Translations under genes and position numbers: made by a program
Part shown: in pieces, positions 12,001-19,812 of the stretch
Numbering within the stretch: position 1 is the stretch's first letter
Layout: every line of letters begins with the position of its first letter
Notes under the pieces: generated by a model
Told to the model about the DNA's origin: nothing
What the model saw: only the letters and a program-made list of their open reading frames with translations
Database searches by the model: none
NCBI GenBank assembly: GCA_002269645.1
Contig: NIVC01002261.1
Span: 1-45,391 of the forward strand
Direction: 5' to 3'
Source: Macrostomum lignano
Taxonomy: Eukaryota
Length of the DNA: 45,391 nucleotides

Positions 12001-14316
12001 CTGGAAGAGGGTGCGTGCCAGATGAGAAGAAGGGAATGTCTCAACGAAAGGTTGACTTTATCTTCACCATTGATGGTAGCGACAAGCTGAAGTCATCTGA
12101 GAAGGACATCAAGGATTTCTTGACCCGCCTGCTCAATAAGTTTAAAGCCAATGAGTTGAAGGGTCTGAGCGTGCGTGCATCGGCCATTATTATGGGCAAA
12201 AAGGGAGGTGCGGATATCAAATTTAGCCAAGCTGACCTGTCTGGAATCGATGACAAGATCAAGGCGCTTAACTTCCCTGGAGGAAAGGCAAACCTTCTCG
12301 ACGGAATGAAGAAGGCAAATCAGGAGCATGCGAAGGCCAGAAACGGAAGCACGCCGATCGTGTTCCTCATCACTGGTTCGAACATTAAGCCGGGCGACAC
12401 CAACCTGCCAGCGATTAAGAGACTGTCTGATAACTTCAAGTCGACCGGAAAGTTTTTCACTGTCCAGCTGACACCGGCACGAGAGCCGTCCGACTGGAGC
12501 CCGCTGTATTCCCGCGACGAAATCAGCCACTACGTAACCGTGATCAGATCCGCTGACATTAACAGCATCTACAAGCTAATCTACAAGAGAATCTATCCGC
12601 TGATCAACTGTCCAGAGGGCTTTGTCAAGGTTCGCGGACTCTGCCAGCTGCAGACAGCAACAATCAAGTACTGCAAGACCGAAGACAAACAGTTGCGAGC
12701 AGTTGGAAGCACATGGCAAGAGGAGTGTTCCGAGTTCAAGTGCACCAACAGTGGAATCGAAGTCGTGTCCAGAAAGTGTCTTGGTTACGACGGCCAATGC
12801 TACTCAACGGAGGAGTACTTCCCATGCACTCAGGTCACTGGATCTCTGAGCTGGAAGTGTCGTTGCAAGTAAGGACCCTTACATTCAGTCTTACAAATTA
12901 TCTTTGCATCAACTATGGGTAAAAACGGTGCTTAGTTCTTGATGAACAAACTCAAAGTGACATTTTTAATAAGATTTCGGTACTATGCCATCTCCACATT
13001 TCAGACTGCGCACCCGCACAAACAAGAAGGGAAAGAAGGTCGAGTCCCTGCATTATCAGTCTATCGCCACCTCGAAGGAGAAGGTGCTCACAGAGAGTGG
13101 CCGCCAGTGTGTGTTCCCCTTCAAGTATCAGAACAAGTGGCTGTACAACTGCGACGAGTACAACGGCAGGTATTGGTGCTCGTACCACCGAATGCACGAG
13201 ACCGGATCATGGGGCTACTGCAAGATCAAGGAGAGCAAGAACCGCTGTACCGATCCGTTCAACCCGAGCAAGGTCTACATCGAGGGCGAGCGCTGGAATC
13301 ACGGCTGCAATGTGATGGAGTGCACCAAGACCGGATTGAAGAGAATCCCTAGTGAGTTTTTTGTTTTAAGCCCGTGACGATGTCTTCAGTCAGCAGCTGC
13401 ATTAATAGATACTTGTGTAGGTTTTTATTAAACTGTATGGATCTAAGAACGAGTAGATCAAAGATGGGGTCCTCACAGCAATCATAATAAAAGTTCTGCT
13501 GCAACAATTTGCAGAGTGCCAGGCCGCTGACAAGACTTGCAAAGCCCTGAACGAGGACGGCTATTCTTGCCACTATAGTGGCAGCCTGCACAAGAACTGC
13601 ATCTGCGTCCAAAACTCGGCCGGCTGGGGCAAGAACGAAGTGGTGACCGGCGACAAGGCCAAGGAAGTGAGCAGCTCCGGAGGCAGCGTCGTTAGCGTCT
13701 GCGTGGATCGCAGCACTGGAAAGCGATACGAGCAGGGACAGGAGTGGGTCAACTCGTGCTTCAAGTACAAGTGCACCGCCAAGGGAGGCGAGCTGGTTGA
13801 GTCCGGGTGCAAACAGAAGGACGGCAAGTGCCGCAAAATCGGCGAGAAGGGCTTCGACTGCGTTGTCAAGGGCAAATCGGCGAAAAGCTGCGAATGCGCT
13901 AAGGACAGCGCAGGCAATCCGACCCTAAGTGGCGTTGTATCAGGTAAGTTTCGTATCGGCTTAATGGTGGCTTCAAGATTTCTCTCGAAATTCTATGCGG
14001 CTAATGCAGAGTACTCAAAGTGAAGGTCGATTGACACGAGCATCTGAAGAGACTAGAGTTCGGATCAAGGACCACTAGAAGTTATAACTTCGTTTGGTCC
14101 TTGGTTCGTAAGGTCCTTGGTTTGGATATTATCTAGGAATGTAGATGGAAAGCGAGTAGATAGAAAAATGATGCGAAGAGAATGAGGGAAACTCACTGAA
14201 TTCAAACATTTCGCCCAACTGCAGGACGCAAGATGATCCAGGTGCTGAAGGTTTCGAAAGTGAGCACCTCGCTGAAGACCGTGGCTAAGACTGTGGCTTC
14301 CAAGACCAAGAAGTAA
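1..14316 (+). CDS. Giant Arg/Lys-rich, Cys-rich modular extracellular protein (adhesive/mucin-type, ap1-like); 5'-truncated, about 27 exons, apparent frameshifts
   Basis: Exons read from GT-AG sites and reading phase: <1-140, 272-733, 854-1100, 1231-1691, 1806-2670, 2764-3675, 3790-4226, 4318-4601, 4675-4784, 4886-4987, 5087-5176, 5259-5300, 5397-5492, 5604-5669, 5760-6195, 6277-6378, 6500-6697, 6789-7523, 7616-7714, 7807-7944, 8026-8112, 8201-8464, 8553-12868, 13005-13351, 13515-13943, 14010-14107 (uncertain), 14225-14316 (ends ...TVASKTKK-TAA). About 11.6 kb coding. About a dozen 1-nt indels must be assumed, mostly before 5900. The start and signal peptide lie outside the window. Confidence 0.88.
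286..549 (+). other. SUEL / rhamnose-galactose-binding lectin domain, copy 1
   Basis: HACEGKSLTIRCP...VLRGFYGR...C...C...KCNNRRACRV...VFGDPCRGTYKYMTVRYRC matches the Gal_Lectin consensus (CE, A/G-x-YGR, FGDPCxGTxKYLxVxYxC). Confidence 0.9.
918..4601 (+). other. Follistatin-N (FOLN)-like Cys knots alternating with long Arg/Lys-rich helical tracts
   Basis: Repeated C-x4-C-x5-C: KKCGRRTC, LCAKKRCSKGKRC, NQCSKVKCKSGFSC, SCRKVRCSAGKRC, NPCRRKRCRRGYRC, NPCSRKKCGKNRRC, NPCSKKRCPSG. Most are followed by a Cys-free basic tract and then one lone Cys. Confidence 0.7.
1245..1507 (+). other. SUEL lectin domain, copy 2 (1-nt deletion near 1420)
   Basis: Near-identical to 286-549. aaccgcgagc replaces aaccggcgagc and shifts the frame; YIT replaces YMT. 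Confidence 0.85.
4675..9540 (+). other. Array of furin-like Cys-rich repeats, extremely basic
   Basis: About 24 units of C-x2-G-x5/6-C-x3-CP-x-G-[YF]-x(n)-C, e.g. CKSGKFLFNNRCWRKCPRG, CKSGLFRLRRRCVKRCPRG, CRKGTYKLGKRCVKNCPKN. There are also half-units and three FOLN-like knots. Confidence 0.75.
9555..9653 (+). other. ShKT domain
   Basis: CYDRTFACKGWARKKRCSKKLVKYLCPASCGTC: six Cys with the C-x-D...C..W....C...CPxSCxxC pattern. Confidence 0.85.
9675..10708 (+). other. VWD - C8 - TIL cassette
   Basis: [29 protein letters not shown]...GICGNCNGNPKDDL (VWD); FCGLI...GPFRAC...SCKFDVC...VCESL..LYNAC (C8); CGANSVF..KTSGCPRTC...C...EGCACKEGYVLNGKKCVPERIC (TIL). Confidence 0.92.
10718..11260 (+). other. 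VWA domain 1 (degenerate MIDAS)
   Basis: PLDLAFVVDGTDDVSSDEFETLKNLIIKLL...VRPAIAVFG...ARPAVPKYILLL...LKKANVHVVAV. DxSxS appears as DGTDD. Confidence 0.85.
11270..12015 (+). other. Five calcium-binding EGF repeats plus partial EGF linkers
   Basis: DVNECAAK, DINECKEN, DIDECKGK, DIDECAAG and DIDECAED, each with C-[VI]-N-x-x-[GP]-[SG]-[FY]-x-C-x-C. Confidence 0.92.
12048..12600 (+). other. VWA domain 2 (degenerate MIDAS)
   Basis: KVDFIFTIDGSDKLKSSEKDIKDFLTRLL...VRASAIIMG...GGKANLLDGMKKA...STPIVFLITGS. Confidence 0.75.
12672..13897 (+). other. Three copies of an approximately 65-70 aa FN1/VWC-like Cys module
   Basis: C-x7/10-G-x2-W-x3-C-x4-CT-x2-G...C-x3-D-x2-C...C...C-x-C starting at 12672, 13246 (split by an intron) and 13700. 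Confidence 0.6.
13099..13221 (+). other. Fibronectin type II domain
   Basis: GRQCVFPFKYQNKWLYNCDEYNGRYWCSYHRMHETGSWGYC matches FN2 (CxFPFxY...C...WC...WGYC). Confidence 0.9.
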
Positions 14317-14461
14317 CTCAAATCTGCCCCTGATGAACGCAAAACTTAACTTTGAGACAACTCCGCAAACTTCAGTTTTAACCTGAAAATTTTTTGGTGG
14401 TGGGAAGAACATTTGCTTAATTGGCTGCAGCTTCACTGAAGCCTGAGACAGGCGTGGAGGA

Positions 14462-14467
14462 AAATAA
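14462..14467 (+). promoter_or_regulatory. Polyadenylation signal of the giant gene
   Basis: AATAAA about 145 nt after the TAA at 14314-14316. Confidence 0.55.
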
Positions 14468-15588
14468 ATTATTTCAATTCCGTTAAATTTACACAATGAT
14501 TCTCGTTCATTAGCTTCTTCATTTTTTTAGTTCAGCGTTGGTGGCAGCCGAAGATGAGCCGAATCATAATGCACTCGGCGCCCCTTAGCGACTAAAAACC
14601 GTGCTGTAAGCGTAGAAATGCTTTACAGAGTGAATGCGGCATGTTGCCGCCCTTCCTTAGAGAGCACACCTATGATTAGAGTTTGTACAGAAACCACAGA
14701 ATGTACACAGAATGCAAGGACGCTTTAATCACTCAAGACGGGAACTCGCAAACCAATGTGAAAAAATCACGAGGCTCGTTTAAAAGCAGGGTTATGGCCA
14801 AGCTATTATGGCAGCAAACTTACCATGCCTCTTTTTGATCTTTTGGTAATTAATAACTGTCGTCTTCTCATGACTCCTACTGTATAGTAGGTTCTTGCGC
14901 AACGTTTCATTTGCTTCCCACGCACTTAGCTAAGAATGTAGCCTTCTCCAGCTTAAAGTTAAGCCCAAAAGGCTTTATATTTGACTATGGCTTGACCATA
15001 GATATGATACATGTACGTGTCTATGTGAATTTAGTAACCGAAATTTAGTAACGCAATGGTGCAGCTGAGGGATATCCAATATGTATTACTATAATATAAT
15101 GTTACATTGTACACCTATTATACTTATATGGGTGATTTCAATATTACTATATGCATAGATTTAAGAATTTTTTCCGATCGGGATTATCCCGTATCCTCCA
15201 GCTACGCGAATGGTTGAATTTAGTAACGAATATACGAGAACTCGTAGTCACTCTTGAAATTTAGGAACCCCTCAAATTCTGGGTACCTATATCCGGTGTG
15301 AAGGTTTCTATTGTCCTGCAACTTCACTCTTACATATTGAACTCTTCAAGTGTTACTAAATTCAAGGACACCCTACATGTACAATGAATCGAGCATCAAC
15401 TTTCTTACAGTGATTTGCGAGTTTTCCGTCCTAAGTTATTAAGAAGTCCTTGACTGGCACTGGAACTGGAACGTTCTTCATCAACTTTAACCATACGAAC
15501 CAGACAGGACAAATGCTACAAATAAAACCATCCATTTTTGGTCCATCAATATCTCAGCTTGCACCCCTTGAAAATTTTCATCTTAAAG

Positions 15589-16049
15589 TCGAGCACAAAA
15601 GAATTCACCGATGAAGACCCAATGGAAGTCTCCGTGCAAGAGACTGTAATGGAAGGGTATTCGCGACCTTGTCAGGACTGCCAGGCACTGCTTCCTCCGA
15701 GGCGACCTCGAAAGTGAACTTTGCCCTGAAAATGTCACTGCTCTTCTTTACCAGTGACCGGCTACGCTACCTCGGCAGCATCCCACGGCTCATCCAGTTT
15801 GAACGACAGGACGAGCCACTTTCTTTCCAACGGAAGATCCCGCTGCAGGACGGACTGGCGGACCACCTCGGTGGAAGGTCGGCCGGCCTTCAGGGGCTGG
15901 CGGAATGGGCGACCCTCGCCTCCCCTCTGTGTCTACGGATCACCCTGCAGCTAAGTCAAGTAAAGCATCGAAAGTACTTTATTAATTCTAAGCTGCTTCA
16001 CATTGCAGAAATGCTACGCAGCTTCAAAATCCTCAACCTGAAGAAATAA
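15589..16049 (+). other. Coding-like GC-rich fragment of unknown identity (possible orphan exon or pseudogene)
   Basis: GC-rich block between AT-rich flanks; ORF 15669-16049; acceptor-like ttcacattgcag near 16008. No recognisable domain. Confidence 0.25.
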
Positions 16050-16991
16050 ATTGGCACACATCAGGGCATCATTGATCTCAGTTCGAAGGGAAACTAATTA
16101 GCAACAAAAAACCGGAGAATTTGGTTTGCCCTGTTCAAAATAAAATCAAAATCGGGCATTGAATGGAGCCAATCGATAATATCGAGTTTAATTATGCCAA
16201 TTCAAGAGGCGGCAGGAAAACCAGCCGGCCTCGGGTGCAGATCACGCACAATGGTTGCAATAGATTGATTACAGCAGCAACTAAAAACAACTCTGTGAGC
16301 GACAGAACTGATGCCGGACTGACAGCCCGCCTGGATCAGGTGTAAAAAGGTAAAACAGCCAGTGGCGCTGCTAGTCATGGGTGAGTCATGGATGAGTCAT
16401 GAGTGAGTATGCTGGATAGTCAGAGCAGCACAATGAAGCGACACGAACAGTATAGCAGTATTGTACAGGTGTGAATCGATGACGCCGAGTGCGCGGAGTG
16501 CTTAATGCCGCTGGCCAGTCGTATAAACGGTGCCCGGCTCCGTGTTCTGCTGGGGTAAAAAGATGAAAACAGAAACAAAAAATCGAAAAGTGGCGAGGGT
16601 CCAAGACATTGGGTTACTACAGGCTAGAATACAAACGCATTGTGGAGCCGCAGTTTGCTGCATGGGGGCCAAAAAAAGCAATTCACAACGCCACTGTATC
16701 ACATTAAGTATCACACTGTATCATGATTAGGTAATACTTTTAGAACAGGTGGGTCGATAATAGCGCTTGGGCCGGTGCACGAGAGGAAAAGGAAGCTGAG
16801 CTAAGAGTTTAATCCTGTGGGATCGGCTGGACATCAGTCTACCGAGTTTGCAGTTTTTAGTTATCATACTACTAACTAATCTACCACTCAGTAGCGCATT
16901 AGGGAGAATATTTGTATCAGAATTCTGCTAATGAGGAAGCGTAATGAGAGCTCGCAGCGGTAAGTTCGGGCGCACGGCAAGCGAAATGGAG

Positions 16992-17150
16992 CCGGTAGGT
17001 GCGGCAGGTCACACCTGGTAGGTGCGGCAGGTCACACCTGGTAGGTGCAGCAGGTCACACCTGGTAGGTGCGGCAGGTCACACCTGGTAGGTGCGGCAGG
17101 TCACACCTGGTAGGTGCGGCAGGTCACAACTGGTAGGTGCAGCAGGTCAC
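16992..17150. repeat. 23-bp minisatellite, about 7 copies
   Basis: Unit ctggtaggtgc(g/a)gcaggtcacac. Confidence 0.95.
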
Positions 17151-17155
17151 GCGGA

Positions 17156-18638
17156 TCAGGCACGCGCCCAGACAGCTGCCGAGGCCTGCAAGCCGCGCGC
17201 GTGCAGCCGAGAGGCGGCGGCCGGTGCCAGGTGACCGCCGGGCTGCGTAGGCCCGACAGAGGCGGCGACCACAGCAAGGCTGCTGTCGCTGGAGCAGCTG
17301 CGACCAGAGAACAGCGCGTTCTCGAGGCTGTGCAGGAACCAATCCTGGTCGTAGTGCGCCGGGTCCTCCAGGCTCTCAGTAGATCTGCCCGCCACCTGCT
17401 GCATGGTGATGGCGTCGCCGGACAGAGATGAGGCCAGCGATGAGGCGCGCAGCTTCTTGCGTCTGCCCTGCAGACGGCGCTTGTAGATCAAAAAGGCCGC
17501 CACGCCTGCGGAAACGAAAAAAATAACTAAAAGTTGAGGAATCTTCATTTATCCTACTCAGCACCTATCGGAGAACTACTTAACAACTACTAGAGAACTA
17601 CTCAGCAACTGCTGGAGAACTACTCAGCAACTGCTAGAGAACTACTCAGCAACTGCTGGAGAACTACTCAGCAACTACTAGAGAACTACTCAGCAACTGC
17701 TAAAGAACTACTCAGCAACTGCTGGAGAACTACTCAGCAACTACTAGAGAACTACTCAGCAACTACTAGAGAACTACTCAGCAACTGTTAGAGAACTACT
17801 CAGCAACTGTTAGAGAACTAATCAGCAACTGCTGGAGAACTACTCAGCAACTACTAGAGAACTACTCAGCAACTGCTTGAGAACTACTCAGCAACTGCTA
17901 GAGAACTACTCAGCAACTGCTTGAGAACTACTGAGCAACTACTAGAGAACTACTCAGCAACTACTAGAGAACTACTCAGCAACTGCTTGAGAACTACTCA
18001 GCAACTGCTAGAGAACTACTCAGCAACTGCTTGAGAACTACTCAGCAACTGCTAGAGAACTACTCAGCAACTGCTTGAGAACTACTCAGCAACTGCTAGA
18101 GAACTACTCAGCAACTGCTAGAGAACTACTCAGCAACTGCTTGAGAACTACTCAGCAACTGCTTGAGAACTACTCAGCAACTGCTTGAGAACTACTCAGC
18201 AACTGCTAGAGAACTACTCAGCAACTGCTTGAGAACTACTCAGCAACTGCTAGAGAACTACTTAGCAATGTGCCACTCACCCCCAGATAAGAGCAGCAGT
18301 GAGACGGCCAGGCCGATGGCCAGCCAGGCAGCCGTGCTCAGCTCAACGAGTCCAGAAGCGGACGCGGCCATGGGCTGCCCCAGCCGGTCCCGGCAGGCAG
18401 CAGAGCTAGCGTTAGCCGCGGTGGCGTTGCCGGCGGCAGCCTCGCATGGATCCGGCAGGGGAGACGCGGAGACGGACGGCAACAGCCAGGAGGTGGCGTT
18501 GGGGTTGCCAGCAGGTGTGGTTGGCAGCGGCGCGTCTCGCATTGTTTCGTCTTGGCGATTGTCGGCTGCGCGCCCCGGCCCGACACGCCTCACGGCATCG
18601 GGGGAGGCGGGGATCGGCAAGGGCGGTTGCGAAAGCTG
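17156..18638 (-). CDS. Orphan single-pass membrane protein (no signal peptide seen; type III-like)
   Basis: Exon A about 18638-18281 (phase-1 GTGAG donor) joins exon B starting at 17505 (ttccgcag acceptor). The join gives AAWLAIGLAVSLLLLSG-G-VAAFLIYKRR, a hydrophobic helix with basic stop-transfer. N-glycosylation sequons (NAT, NAS) lie N-terminal. Stop at 17156, or a weak donor splices to a last exon near 16550. The start is uncertain. Confidence 0.7.
17571..18265. repeat. 22-bp minisatellite, about 31 copies, filling the membrane-protein intron
   Basis: Unit gagaactactcagcaact(g/a)ct(a/t/g); lies within intron 17506-18280. Confidence 0.97.
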
Positions 18639-18865
18639 CTACTGACAGTAGAGTAGCATGAATACGGTCGGTTTTTTGAAAAGAAAATTTACAAAACTTG
18701 TAGCGAATGACAGACTCAAATTAACAGTAGTAGCGAGCGCTAACTTCATTACCAACTCTAGCTGATGGCACTGCTGCAGGCAATGATTGACAGGCACAAC
18801 GATTTGAACTAAACTGCTCTCGTCATTTTGTAGCAACCGCCCGAGTGCGCGCGGCTTTAAATATG

Positions 18866-18871
18866 TTTATT
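18866..18871 (-). promoter_or_regulatory. Candidate polyadenylation signal of DEDD
   Basis: tttatt on + is AATAAA on -. It is the first canonical hexamer I found downstream of the DEDD stop, about 940 nt away. Confidence 0.45.
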
Positions 18872-19812
18872 TTCAGATAATTGGAACAGGCAGAACGAAC
18901 AAGGAGCAGCAAGCAAAGCAAGAGGAGACGCGGCAGATTAAACGGGACACAAAAAGGAGAACTCAACAAGCGGCCTGGGATGTAACAGCAAAATTATTGA
19001 GTAGTTGCAGTAGTAGTATACATAGGACATTCTAAGCAACAATGGCACAAGGTCAATGCGAACATTGCGAGTGCCGGGGAATCCGCAGAGCACGCGGACT
19101 AGACCTACTCAATCTGTATTAGCAAATTTCTTCAATTTTTACCATTCTGTTTGAGAGGCCAAGACAGCCAAGAAACACAGGCGACAGAGATAATTACAAA
19201 GGCTGTTGCTTTTGAAATCTGACAAGCTCAAAATTGAATTTAATAATAAACAATAAATGAAAATAATAAACTTGAATGATTGCGGAGCGATGGCTATGAG
19301 TGTCCAGGCCGCTTGGCCAGGGAGACGGTGTGAAAATCGGTCAGATTAGTTTATGGGCGGCCTCCGACCCGCCGGCCGCTACTATGAGTAGCAAAGAGAA
19401 TGCCTGAAAAACTGGCAAAGTGCCAGCCGAAGGACAAAGAACTGCTTCTTTATAAACAAGCAACAGGCAGCGAAAAAGAAGTAGAGAAGAAAGCAAAAAA
19501 GAATCGCCTGTCCGAAGCCGCAGTTGAATTAAATAATAAAAACATTATAACAAATAGTATAGCGGGAGCGGGCCCGCAAGGCAGGGGCGAGCAAACAAGC
19601 GAACGAGGCGAGAGGGCGATTGAGAGTCCAACGCAGAGTGGAAGAGACGCCAGTAACAGCGGGAGAGGTGACAAAAAAGCCGCCGCTCACGGGCTGCTGA
19701 AAGATGAGGCCCTAGGGGAGAGTGTGAAGCTGGGCCAAATTGTCAAGTGAACAGGTGGGGGGGGCAGTCAGGAGGGCTGGGAGAGCGGAGCGCCAGCTGC
19801 AGCCAGCGGGAC

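Noticed and set aside
8855-12797. Long antisense ORFs (10664-11479, 11196-12044 and others)
   Set aside because: Reverse complements of the 4.3-kb coding exon with no independent domain signal.
15025-15235. Helitron/Helentron end (aatttagtaac x3; cgggattatcccg hairpin)
   Set aside because: No clear terminal motif or second boundary could be identified; too little support.
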